Part shown: positions 34,841 to 48,759 of the stretch, piece after piece | Layout of the letters: each line of letters begins with the position of its first letter | Position numbering within the stretch: position 1 is the stretch's first letter | Origin: Eledone cirrhosa | Lineage: Eukaryota | Length of the DNA: 64,000 nt | NCBI GenBank assembly: GCA_964016885.1 | Contig: OZ024742.1 | Coordinates: forward strand, 14,570,001-14,634,000 | Direction: 5' to 3' | The notes under the pieces: model-generated | Database searches by the model: none | Seen by the model: only the letters and a program-made list of their open reading frames with translations | Told to the model about the DNA's origin: nothing | Program-made: the position numbers and the translations under genes

Positions 34841-35544
34841 GGCATCTCATGTAGGATGTGGCTTTTCACCACACAGGTCAGTCTTTGAACTGAGAAAGGC
34901 TAGGTGCTCAGCTTGAAAGAGCATATAATTCACATCATCAATTCACTGAGTGGCATGTTGAACAGACTCTAGGACAGGGATGCCACACAAGATCAGTACC
35001 AATCAGTAAAATCTACTACAGCCCAGCAGACTTTTTTTTATGCGTCACCTGTGGGACAAAATTACCTGTGTTAAAGTATTCCCATTTTAACTAAAATCTT
35101 CCAACAATACTTTATATAAGAATTATATGTTATGCTCCTATCTTAATAATAAAATAATGATTTTAATAAATTCCTCAAAATTTATTAATTAATTGAAAAT
35201 AGAGTGTATTTTATTTAGAAATATAGTCATAAAAGGTTAAGTTCAACACAGTTAAGCTATATACTCTCATTCAGGTGTGTATAAAGAATGTGGTAATACT
35301 TTGATAAAATGTGAAGTAGTTGACATGAGGAACGGAATCCCATTATAAACACAATGCTAAAATGAACATATGAGTACATTACAGTCATATGACCTGTCTA
35401 GCCTTGAGACAACCCATCTAACCCATGCTAAAATAAACGTAGAATAGTGACGGTGATAATGGTAATGATGATGTAGTAAACGTACCTAGTTGTGATTGTT
35501 TGAGTTAATTAAAACATCTCATTAGCTGAGAACGCAAGTTGTGT

Positions 35545-38500
35545 TCACCACAGCTACAGATGACTGGAGACTATTTTTAAACACCACCGCTACAGATGAC
35601 TATAGGCTATTGTTAAACACCACCACTACAGATGACTGTAGACTATTGTAAAACACCACCACTACAGATGACAGTAAACTATTGTTAAACACCACTACTA
35701 CAGATGACTCTATTGTTAAACACCACAGCTTCAGATGACAGTAAACTGTTATTAAACACCACCACTACAGATGACTGTAAACTATTGTTAAACAACACCA
35801 CTACAGATGATTCTATTTTTAAACACCACAGCTACAGATGACAGTAGACTATTGTTAAACACCACCATTACAGATGACTCTATTGTTAAACACCACCACT
35901 ACAGATGACTCTATTGTTAAACACCACCGCTACAGATGATGCTATTGTTAAAGACCACTGCTACAGATGAATGTAGACTATTGTTAAACACCACCATTAC
36001 ACATGACTCTATTGTTAAACACCACCATTACACATGACTCTATTGTTAAACACCACCACTAAAGATGACTGCAGACTATTGTTAAACATCACCACTACAG
36101 ATGACTGTAGACTATTGTTAAACACCACCACTACAGATGACAGTAAACTATTGTTAAACACCACCACTACAGATGACTGTAGACTATTGTTAAACACCAC
36201 CACTACAGATGACAGTAGACTATTGTTAAACACCACCATTACAGATGACTGTAAACTATTGTTAAACACCACCACAACAGATGACTCTATTGTTAAACAC
36301 CACCACCACAGATGACCCTATTATTAAACACCACCACAACAGATGACCCTATTGTTAAACACCACCACCACAGATGACTGCAGATTATTGTTAAACACCA
36401 CCACTACAGATGATTCTATTGTTAAACACCACCACTACAGATGAGAGTAAACTATTGTTAAACACCACTACTACAGATGACTGTAAACTATTGTTAAACA
36501 CCACCACAACAGATGACCCTATTATTAAACACCACCACAACAGATGACCCTATTGTTAAACACCACCACTACAGATGACTGTAGACTATTGTTAAACACG
36601 ACCAATACAGATGACTGTAGACTATTGTTAAACACCACCACTACAGATGACAGTAAACTATTGTTAAACACCACCACTACAGATGACTGTAAACTATTGT
36701 TAAACACCACCACTACAGATGACTGTAAACTATTGTTAAACACCACCACTACAGATGATTCTATTGTTAAACACCACAACTACAGATGACAGTAAACTAT
36801 TGTTAAACACCACAACTACAGATGACAGTAAACTATTGTTAAACACCACCACTACAGATGACTGTAGACTATTGTTAAACTCCACCACTACAGATGACTG
36901 TAGACTATTGTTAAACACCACCACTACAGATGACTGTAAACTATTGTTAAACACCACCACTACAGATGACAGTAAACTATTGTTAAACACCACCACTACA
37001 GATGACTGTAGACTATTGTTAAACATCACCACTACAGATGACTGTAAACTATTGTTAAACAACACGACTACAGATGACTCTATTGTTAAACACCACTGCT
37101 ACAGATGAATGTAGACTATTGTTAAACACCACCATTACAGATGACTCTATTGTTAAACACCACCACTACAGATGACTGTAAACTATTGTTAAACACCACC
37201 GCTACAGATGACTCTATTGTTAAACACCACTGCTACAGATGAATGTAGACTATTGTTAAACACCACCATTACAGATGACTCTATTGTTAAACACCACCAC
37301 TACAGATGACTGTAGACTATTGTTAAACACCACCTCTACAGATGACAGTAAACTATTGTTAAACAGATGACTGTAGACTATTCTTAAACACCACCACTAC
37401 AGATGACTGTAGACTATTGTTAAACACCACCACTACAGATTACAGTAAACTATTGTTAAACACCACCACTACAGATGACTGTAGACTATTGTTAAACACC
37501 ACCACTACAGATGACTGTAAACTATTGTTAAACACCACCACTACAGATGACAGTAAACTATTGTTAAACACCACCACTACAGATGACTGTAGACTATTGT
37601 TAAAAACCACCACTACAGGTGACTGTAGACTATTGTTAAACACCACCACTACAGGTGACTGGAGACTTGCTAAACATGACCACTACAGATGACTCTTTGT
37701 TAAACACCACCACTCCAAATGACATTAAACTATTGTTAAACACCACCACTACAGATGACTGTAGACTATTGTTAAACACCACCACTACATATGACTGTAT
37801 ACTATTGTTAAACACCACCACTACAAATGAGTATAGACTATTGTTAAACACCACCACTACAGATGACTGTAAAATATTGTTAAACACCATCACGATAGAT
37901 GACTGTAGACTATTGTTAAACACCTCCAATACAGATGACTGTAAACTATTGTTAAACACCACCACTACAGATGACTGTAGACTATTATTAAACACCACAA
38001 GTACAGATGACAGTAAACTATTGTTAAACACCACCACTACAAATCACTGTAAACTCTTGTTAAACACCACCACTACAGATGACTGTAAACTATTGTTAAA
38101 CACCACCACTGCAGATGACTGTAGATTATTGTTAAACACCACCACTACAGATGACTGTAGACTATTTTTAAACACCACCATTACAGATGACTGTAGACTA
38201 TTGTTAAACACCAACACTAAAGATGACTGTAAACTATTAAACACCACCGGTACAGATGACTGTAAACTATTTTTAAACACCACCACTACAGATGACTGTA
38301 AACTATTGTTAAACACCACCACTACAGATAAATGTAAACTATTGTTAAACACCTCCGTTACAGATGACTGTAAACCTTTGTTAAACACCACCACTACAAA
38401 TGACTGTAGACTATTGTTAAACACCAACACTACAGATGACTGTAAACTATTGTTAAACCACTACTACAGATGAATGTAGACTATTGTTAAACACCACCGC

Positions 38501-39800
38501 TACAGATGACTCTATTGTTAAACACCACTGCTACAGATGAATGTTGACTATTGGTAAACACCACCATTACAGATGACACTATTGTTAAACACCACCACTA
38601 CAGATGACTGCAGACTATTGTTAAACAACACCACTAGAGAAGACTGTAAACTATTGTTAAACACCACCATTACAGATGACTGTAGGCTATGGTTAAACAC
38701 CACAGCTACAAATGTCTGTAGATTTATTGCTAAACACGACCACTACAGATGACTCTTAGTTAAACACCACCAATACAAATGACAGTAAACTATTGTTAAA
38801 CACCACCACTACAGATGACTGTAGACTATTGTTAAACACCACCACTACAGATGACTGTAGACTATTGTTAAACACCACCACTACATATGACTGTAGACTA
38901 TTGTTAAACACCACCACTACAGATGATAGTAAACTATTGTTAAACACCACCACTACATATGATAGTAAACTATTGTTAAACACCACCACTACAGATGATT
39001 GTAGACTTGTTAAACACAACCACTACAGATGATTGTACACTATTGTTAAACACCACCACTACAGATGACTGTAAACTATTGTTGAACACCACCACTACAG
39101 ATGACTGTAAACTATTGTTAAACACCACCACTACAGATGACTGTAAACTATTGTTAAACACCACCACTACAGATGAGTATAGACTATTGTTAAACACCAC
39201 CACTTCAGATGACTGTAGACTATTGTTAAACACCACCACTTCAGATGACTGTAGACTATTGTTAAACACCACCACTTCAGATGACTGTAGACTATTGTTA
39301 AACACCACCACTTCAGATGACTGTAGACTATTGTTAAACACCACCACTTCAGATGACTGTAGACTATTGTTAAACACCACCACTTCAGATGACTGTAGAC
39401 TATTGTTAAACACCACCACTTCAGATGACTGTAGACTATTGTTAAACACCACCACTTCAGATGACTGTAGACTATTGTTAAACACCACCACTTCAGATGA
39501 CTGTAGACTATTGTTAAACACCACCACTACAGATGACTGTAGTCTATTGCTAAACACCACCACTACAGATGACACTAAACTATTGTTAAACGCCACCACT
39601 ACAGATGACTGTAAACTATTGTTAAACACCACCACTCCAGATAGCAGTAAACCTTTTTTAAACACCATCACTACAGATGACTGTAAACTATTGCTAAACA
39701 CCACCACTACAGATGACTATAGACTATTGTTAAACACCAGCACTACAAATGACTGTAGACTATTGTTAAACACCACAACTACAGATGACTGTAAACTATT
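35545..39800. repeat. 36-bp minisatellite with 29-bp deletion variants, about 4.25 kb
   Basis: ttgttaaacaccaccactacagatgactgtagacta, over 100 copies; explains the LLLNTTTTDDCR ORFs. Confidence 0.95.
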
Positions 39801-39889
39801 ATCTGGAATTTTGACGATTGATCAATTTATTTATTTTTCATCTGTGTTGAAGATATGACACAGTCTCTCTAGTTCTTGTGACAACACCA

Positions 39890-40190
39890 ATTATAATAAT
39901 AAAAATGAAATTATTGTGTAAAGTGCTCAGGTGCACTACAACTCGTCAATATAGTACATAGAATAATACACAAATGCCAGGGAAGTACATGTTTGTATGT
40001 GTTAGCTGTAGTGTTGGCGGATCTCGGGAAGCATGGAGGCCTTAAAGGATGCAGCGTCTCGACAGCTAACAACTGATGCAGGTAGTTTGTTCCATGCTTC
40101 AGCAACTCTGAGCGTGAAAAAATGTTTCCGAAAGTCATGGGAACTGTGCTGTTTTCTTACTTTGTGGGCATGTCCACGTGTGTTAGACAG
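39890..40190 (-). mobile_element. CR1-like LINE 3' end
   Basis: Same family as 841-1200. Confidence 0.72.
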
Positions 40191-40739
40191 TATCTAGGAT
40201 GTAGACAAAATAAAGTTAATAGAAGTCTTTGTACGTTTTTAAATGGTTGAAATGAGTTTTCCCCGTGGTAAACTTTCGATATTTTGGGAATAGTCGTTCA
40301 ACGGAGAGATGTAGGCGATGACAGTGGGAATTCGGCTCTTCCACCTTTGGACCATATCCTTGTGGTTGTGTTATTCAACCCCTTGTGCAGTATTTCATGC
40401 ATGAATAACGTTTATATTGTAGTTAACTAAATAAGCAAAGTTGTTAAGGGGTCTACTGAATTGAAAGGCTAATATTGAGGTAAGATTTGTTTATTGGCGA
40501 CGTCGAATTAGGAGCTGAAATAATTGTAATGAAAATAGTAACTTTGCTACGGGGAGATAACTACACGCGAAAAATATTAGGGGACATAACTCTAATCAAC
40601 ATGATTTGTACGCATTCTCGGGTCTGAAAAATTAATAAGCGAGCAGGAACGATTATTTGAGACCCAAGAGTATGTATTTGGCATTATGATGTTGATTTGA
40701 TATTTGCAGCAGTCTATAGCAAAAAAAAGAAACTTTGTT

Positions 40740-41560
40740 TTCCAAATTGGGTTTGATGCCGAGTACTGTATGACTGGAATGAAAATCAGTGCTGTGTAGA
40801 CTGAGACATTGGTCCTCTCAAGAAAGCCTGCACAATGCACTCTACATGTAATTGGAGTTGCACTGAAGCAGGTAGAGAAGTTCAAGTATCTTGGGGCCGT
40901 GTTCACGAATGATGAAAGGCAGGAGGCTGAAATAAATGCAAGAATTTCAGGAACAGTAATACTGGCGCAGTAATAAACCTGCTTCAGCATTCAGTAATCA
41001 AAAGAAGGAAGGTAGCTGTAAAAACCAAACTTGCTATCTTTAATTTGGTATTCGTGTCAACTCTTACCTATTGTCACAAATCTTGGGTATTGACAGAAAG
41101 AATACGATTGTGAATACAAGTGTGTATGTATGTGTATAAGTCCTTAGTTAAAGAAGTTTAAATATTCCAACTTGGATTATTGGTAAAGGGTATTATTCAT
41201 CTGGTCATCTGGTTTCACCAGCCTTATAGCAACAGGGCACTATACTCTTCCACCATTCTCTAATTCTGGAAAGGGCTGGTGCTTGAAACCAATTTGTGCC
41301 ACACCTGCACAGATCATCTTTTTGAGTGGATCTCCAAATCTTCTTAGGCCTACCCTTTGGTCTTTTCCCACTAGCAGGCAACTATGACATTGCAATTCTT
41401 GCTGGTATATTGTCCTCCATTCATAGGACATGCCTTGCCAGCTATATTCTTCTGCTCTTAATGACAAGACTCATGTGTCTAACATTGGTTCTTCGAAGCA
41501 TATTTTCGTTTGTGATGTCTTGTCAACTAATGCCCAGGATCTTTCGGAAACATCTTTGTT
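40740..41560. mobile_element. Degenerate RTE-like fragments (40740-41120 plus strand; 41200-41560 minus strand)
   Basis: LKQVEKFKYLG...EINARI motif; ggaaaagaccaaagggtaggcctaagaagat (GKRPKGRPK) on the minus strand. Confidence 0.6.
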
Positions 41561-43694
41561 AGAACGTATCAAGCTGGTTTTCTGTTCCAGCGGTACTTTT
41601 AGCAGATTTATAGTAATGATAATAATATTTGTATCAATAGGGGTCACCAATATAGCAGACATTTAGTAGTCACCAGTTTAGCAGAAAAATAATATTATGC
41701 CATGTAATAATAATATCAACGACAATAATAATAATAATGATGTATTTTGTTGTAGCAGGAAAGGTATTGTTTGGTTATATCAATAAATGTAATGGTTTGG
41801 TTATATGGCAATGTTAGTTGAATTGAGGTTCGGCTGTAAGTCCCAGGTTCTGTTGCTGTTGTGATAATAACTCTGGAAAGGATCTTTCCATATCACATTT
41901 AAAGGTTATGGCTGTGGTAATAGCATCACAAGACTTTACAATGTTTTTTACATAATTTATTTACAAACCGATTACAAAGGTTGAGCTGGCATACCAAACA
42001 AAGGAATAAACGAATTAAGAATTTAGAAGGTACAGTCGACTGGCTGAGATGCTAGCCAGGCCGTAGTTATGTTGTTGTTACATATTGGCTAGTGTCGAAC
42101 GGCAAAAGAAAAATGGTGTTTACCTTTTCATAATTGAAGCAACAAGAGACAGTATATCGAAAGAAAGCGAGAAAATCTCAGTTTAGGCAGAAGTTGGTAA
42201 AATATATTCGTGCGCAGCAAATCACGCATGAATAGTTTACAAATGTACCAAAGGAAAGTAGCTTGCTACATACTCTTCCATAATCAGCAACACAGATTGA
42301 GCAGATTAACCTCAGTTTCATTTGTGTTGTGAGCTTCTTTGATAGTCACATTCATTGGAGTTTGTTGAATACTCCACCATCTTTCGCTATCCTTTGTTTT
42401 ATGTCATCTGCAGTATTGCCATCTGTTGTCTGAACACCCAAATTTCAAGGGGAAGAATACATCTCATATCTCTGAACACACATGTCAGCACATATGTACA
42501 TACATATCCCTACATATAATTACTGACACTTATAGTTTTGTATGTCTATCTAGGTGTACATAGATAGGTGTTCTCATGTATAGAAACATATATATGTGTG
42601 CTTGCCTTCTGACACCCATGATACAGCAAACAACACAAACACAAACACACACTGACCTGTGAAAACACCCATGTATATAATTATATATGTATAAATATAT
42701 GTATATATATATAGTCTTATTGACATGTAAACAACCTGTGCAACTGTGAACAAAGACATACCACAAGGTGTGAAAAAATATGCAAGGTGTCAAATAAATT
42801 AATAATTGTTTCTACTTTAGACACAAGGTCAGCAATTACCCAGTACATTACTGGTACTTTATAAATTAATAATGAAGGTGAAAAATATTCCTATTAAATT
42901 TAACCCTTTAACATTTACAGTATTCTATATATACTATATTTTCATGGTAAAGGCTTTACCTCACATAACTATCTCACACAATATCGAATCTATGAGATTA
43001 TAATATTATTTATTTTGAGAACAATACCTTAATATCAGTATGATTGGCCAGTTAGAGCTGGTTTGAACAGAAAGAAGTGAGAGAATTCTGGCCAGATATG
43101 GCTGGTTTAAATGCTAAAGGGTTAACAACAACAACAACAATCTCCAGTTGTCTACACAGATTGCAGCAGTTGCACAATACATATACAATAGATATCTTTC
43201 AAGTACATGGAATATTCAACAATGTTCATAGTTTCCCAGGAATATTTCCTATATCCTGAAATATGTCAGGGTATTTACTTTCAGGGTCTTCTATGCTTCA
43301 CAGTTGGGTTTTTTTTTTTTTTTTTTTTTTTGTATCTGATGATGTGAAACCACAGTTAATTTACACCAAGCACATCTTTATACAAGGTCTTAGAACTAAT
43401 AACATTGTGTGTAGTATCATTGTCAAACAAAACATTTGGCTCGAATTGTGTTAGAATTTTTGTATCTAATGCCGAGGACCATGAAACCATATTGTCAAGA
43501 AATGAGAACCAGAACAAGTTAGGAAATAGTCAGAACTATTAAAAGACATTTCCTCAAACAACTGAGCAGCCCTGTATTTCTTCATTAGAAACTTATTTAC
43601 CTTATTTTATTTTTTATTTTTATTTATTTATCTATTTATTTATCTATGAACATATATTTATTGATTTATATTTGTAATATGTATTGCACAGCTA

Positions 43695-44725
43695 CGGCGG
43701 TTAACTTTGCCTTTCATCCTTACAGGGTCGTAAAATAAAGTACCAGTAATGCACTGGGGTCGATTTAATTGACTTTTTCCTCCCTGCAAATTGTTGGCCT
43801 TGTGTCTAAATCAGAAACCATTATTATTATTATTAAATTTAATTTTGATATTAATATATTTCACCTTTCAATATTGTTTGCCCTTGTGGCAAATAAAAAG
43901 AAACAATTATTAATTTATTTGACACCTTGCATATTTTTTCACACCTTGTGGTATGTCTTTGTTCACAGTTGCACAGATTGTTTGCTTGTCAATAAGACTA
44001 TATATGGCATTTGTTGGGCATGTTTGGCCTGTCAGAGCCTACCTCCTCTCCAGGACTGAATACAGCAGATTTCTTCCAGAGAAGGATAGAGAGTGAGGGA
44101 ATGGAAGTGAGAAAGAGATATAGAACAAGAATTGACCTCAGTACAAGACTGGTACTTTATTTTATTGACCTGGAATGGGTAAAAGGCAAAGTTAACCATG
44201 ATGGGATTTGAAATTAGAACATAAAGGGCCGTAACTCTATGCCATGAAGCATGGTATCCGATGCTCTACCAATACTGCCAATCTAAAGCCCTTGTGTTGG
44301 GTAAAATAATTGTTTCTACTTTTTGGCACAAGGCCAGCAATTACTCAGTGTATTACTGGTACTTTATTTTATCGACCCCGTAAGGATGAAAGGCAAAGTT
44401 AACCTCGGCGGGATTTGAACTCAGATCATAAAGGGACGTAACTCTATGCTTCAAAGCATGGTGTCCGACTCTCTACCGATACTGCCAATCCACCGGGTAA
44501 AATAATGATTTCAAATCTTAGCACAAGACCAAGGGAAAGAGGGGGGGGGGGTACATAAATTATATCAACCCCAGTACTTGACTGTATCTTTATTTAATCA
44601 ACCCTTGGAAGGATGAAAAACAATGTTGACCCCAATGGGATTTGAACTGACAACATAAAGAGCCATGACCAAAGATGACAAAGCATATTATTCGGTGCTT
44701 TAACAATTCTGTCAATCCACCATCT
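43695..44725. mobile_element. Cluster of about 4 family-B SINE copies
   Basis: Repeated gcctttcatccttacggggtcgataaaataaagtaccag core and ggatttgaac (B box, minus strand). Confidence 0.75.
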
Positions 44726-45649
44726 TTATGTGTTGAGTAAAATAATCTTAACAGGAACATACTAGTGTTGTTTAAGGTTATGATAGTCCTTAGATTTGTA
44801 CTTAGGGAAGGGACATCCAAATTAATAGCTTCATTCAGCCACCTATAGACAGGCCTAATCTTAGCTTGCTTGGAGTTGGTTACGGATGAAGAACTAAGAA
44901 AATGGCAGATTAGTGTATAATTATAAACTCAAAATATAATATTTGGGACTTTGTATGACATTTGTCTGATTATATGAGAGAATTCTATTTTCCTGCAACC
45001 AGTATTGAATTATTTCACACACTCTCACAATAAGATTATATACATATAACCTATCGTAATGTAATAAGATATAAATACTTACAACCAAAATTCTTCATAT
45101 AATCTTCACAAATGAGATCGTGTAGGTGTCACGACAAAAAAACACACAGTCCACGCTGTAATGTGGCCGTGTAGGCAACACGGTAAAAACCTTCCAGACC
45201 CACACTGTAAATGTGGTTGGTGTTAGGAAGGGCATCCAACTGTAGAAAACCTGCCAGACAGTCCTATGCGAGCAAGACAATCACTCTTGCCTCAAGTGGG
45301 AATACCCCCGTCCAAACCCATGCAAGCGTGGAACACGGACGTTAAACGTTGATGATGATGATGATGAATCTAATTGATCATATATACAATATTATAACTC
45401 ATAATATAGGTAAATAAATTTTTTCCCCAAAATTTTCCTAGGCATACAATAACTTATAATTATTTTAATTTTCCATAGCGTCTAAAATAACGTTTTTTCA
45501 GCCCTTTTACCTAAACCTCATTTGCATACTCATCTTAATAATTTGAAATATCTGACTTTTCTTCTCTCTTCCCTTCACTATCCAAGGATAACTTGAACCG
45601 TTAAGGTATATTCTCCTTGGTTATGTCAAAATTTATAAAACACACTTCG

Positions 45650-45710
45650 TATTTTATCTGATGATAGCGTACCAAAATTTTGGTACCCTTGAAATATATA
45701 TAATAGAATA
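45650..45710 (+). ncRNA. Minimal type-I hammerhead ribozyme with canonical core
   Basis: tattttat-CUGAUGA-tagc gtaccaaaattttggtac cctt-GAAA-tatata-UA-atagaata; stem I 8 bp, extended by atttataaaac/gttttataaat. Confidence 0.65.
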
Positions 45711-46198
45711 AATATGGTTTTATAAATATAGTTTCCATTTATTTAATATCATTGTATATATATATATATTTTAATAATTTTGTAAATCAAACAATGCATT
45801 AGAAAAAAAAATTAAATCGCTAAGATCACAAAAGAATTTTACCTGTTTGGAGACAAGCAAGTCAACTCCAATCGATTTTTAAGTCTCTCATAGGGTTACT
45901 CCCTTGATAATGGGTTTTTAAACCCTAAAATATATGGGATCTTTAAATTTGTTAAGGTAAGATTCTTTTGTTATCTTAGCGATTTAATTTTCTTTCTAAT
46001 ACATTGTTTGGTTTTCAAACTTATTTAAATTTGTGTTTCCTATTCAACAATGCTTCAAGCAAGCTACAAAATTATAACAACGGCGGGAATTTATGTTACA
46101 GCCCAATATATATGTATATATATATATATATATATATTGGGTTGTAACATAAATTCCCGCCGTTGTTATAATTTGTTTATTTTCACAAATCGGTGGGA

Positions 46199-46250
<52 letters not shown>

Positions 46251-46419
46251 TTGAAGTAAACGAGGTATCGTTTAAGGTAATCCAAGTAGAAGTTATAAGT
46301 AATCTGTACAGTGGATGATTCTAACCTGCAGTGTTGTTTGACTCAACAAGATGTTTACTTGGTTGTGGTGTTTGGGTGGCCGAAAACTGACTTGGTTAAC
46401 AAATGTCAGCATATATATG

Positions 46420-46491
<72 letters not shown>

Positions 46492-46656
46492 AGCATGGAA
46501 GAACGGACGTAAAACGGTGATGATGATATATATATATGTTGTCGTTACAGCTCATACTTATATAGGTTTAGCTGGGCTTCTTCAAGGTTGTATCTTATAG
46601 GAGGTTTCTCAGGTGTTTGAATGATGGGACGCCAGTTCTACCATGTATATATATAT

Positions 46657-46950
46657 AGGGGAGGGTCATATTTGTGTAATATTGCCAGAATTAATAACAG
46701 AACACACTCACTGTTTGGTTGGTTTTCGCTTCTGTATCTTTTATATCAGTTAATTCATTTGGTCCTCAATGTTTACCATTGAGGACCAAATGAATTAACT
46801 GATATAAAAGATACAGAAGCGAAAACCAACCAAACAGTGAGTGTGTTCTGTTATTAATTCTGGCAATATTATTACAACAATATGACCCTCCCCAAGTATA
46901 ACAATATTTGTTTCAACACTCGATTTCATATCAAAAACCTTGCAAAACAA
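46657..46950. repeat. Foldback element of the same family as 17542-17900
   Basis: Near-perfect hairpin centred at about 46775. Confidence 0.85.
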
Positions 46951-46964
46951 ATATATATATATAT

Positions 46965-47918
46965 ATATATAGAGATTACAATAATCAAAGTTCAGTTTAA
47001 GTCATTTATTTGCTTACAATTGTTTCCTCCAAACCGAGGTTTGGATTCTTCGGAGCAACTATTTACTGATCTATAACATACTTGACCTCCTTCTCAACCC
47101 AAGAGACATATAAGACATATGCGCATATTGATCAACAGTGGGGTGACATTCATCAAATGATATAGCATGGCAATTTACATATAAAGGTTACAGGATAAAA
47201 ATAAAAAAATAAAAATAAAAACAAAAATGAAAATAAAGATAAACATGAAGTGTTGGCAGTCTATGAAGATAAAGCAAGAGGAAAGTTTAGAGTAGTCAAT
47301 GTATGAAACAATCTCACGTGTAGCATGCACGCGTGTCTTATTTATACATGATTAGAGTGCGTCAGAATGATATTTGCAGGGTCAGGCAGATGAAGCAGGC
47401 AATCGATCTTATTATGTGGGCTGAATTATTAAGTCATTTATTCGCATACATCTGTATGATATACAGTCCCGGATGCAGGGAAACACCAAAATATCAGAAA
47501 CTTTCAACATACTATAAACCTTATTGTATCGTAGGCAAAGCCGTACCACTGTCTTCGCTCACCACTCACATAATCCATGAGACGCAATATATAGAACACG
47601 TGTCTATCGTATAATTCACGATGGTTCGGCATATAATCAAGTTATATACCGTATCCAGTCGGTTCTTAATTAAGAACCGACTATTTTTATCCTGTAACCT
47701 TTATATGTAAATTTCCATGCTATATCATTTGATGAATGTCACCCCACTGTTGATCAATATGCGCATATGTCTTATATGTCTCTTGGGTTGAGAAGGAGGT
47801 CAAGTATGTTATAGATCAGTAAATAGTTGCTCCGAAGAATCCAAACCTCGGTTTGGAGGAAACAATTGTAAGCAAATAAATGACTTAAACTGAACTTTGA
47901 TTATTGTAATCTCTATAT
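46965..47918. mobile_element. Penelope-like terminal remnant with about 240-bp inverted arms, each carrying a hammerhead motif
   Basis: 46965-47203 is the reverse complement of 47682-47918. Confidence 0.75.
47827..47875 (+). ncRNA. Minimal type-I hammerhead motif (U4C core); mirror copy on minus strand at 47010-47058
   Basis: ttgct-CCGAAGA-a tccaaac ctcg gtttgga g-GAAAC aatt GUA-agcaa. Confidence 0.6.
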
Positions 47919-48078
47919 AACTGCTCTGTAAAACAACTGATGTTATTACATTGAGGTATTTATCTTACTGGTAATAGGATAGTAATTAATGACTATCTTT
48001 CACTATTTAAAGTTTGTATAAATAATATATTACCATTAAAGGTTTTATTACATACATAACCATAAATAGTATCCTTAA

Positions 48079-48123
<45 letters not shown>

Positions 48124-48759
48124 CATCTATGGTGATGATGATAAAAATTCTATTGAAGTATTTTCCCTCAATTATTTTGTGGATGTATGTATATATGTGT
48201 GTGGGTGTGTTTCTAAATAATGTTGAGATATACTAATGATAACACTTTATAATAGAATAAGTTGTCTATCAGAGTGTATCGCTAGGGTCTTCCATTATAT
48301 CTGTCGACTGAAATAGAGAGGAGAGAGCTATGATTTCAAACATGGGTTTGTAGAGTATAAAAAAGGATTTCACTTGAATATCATGGATATCAGAGGTATA
48401 AAGATAAATTAGACACACCACTCCACAGTAAGATTTGAAAACAAAACAACAGTTTCATAACTAAAATAATCACAAAAACCTGTTGGCCTCGTTTGAAAAC
48501 TGACTTGGTTAATGAAAGTTGTCATGTAGGTTGAACTCTGCCAGTTCATTACAACCCTAAAATTAGTCACCAATTTGATATAATGTCCATCAAAACACAG
48601 CGATCTCACTGACACAATAATTGATGTCCGCAACTCAAACTGCAAACATAATTACTAATTATTAAATGAACTGGCAGAGTTCAACCTACATGACAACTTT
48701 GTACAATAAAGGGGGTTGTATTAAGTCACGTTTTACTTCTTAAGCAGGAAGGAAATCAA

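Noticed and set aside
35545-39800. CRISPR-like array (36-bp repeats with internal hairpin)
   Set aside because: Units are contiguous with no unique spacers, there are no cas genes, and the context is eukaryotic
36015-39858. LLLNTTTTDDCR / VVVVFNNSLQSS repeat proteins
   Set aside because: By-product of a stop-free 36-bp unit; 29-bp variants break the frame repeatedly and no gene structure is evident
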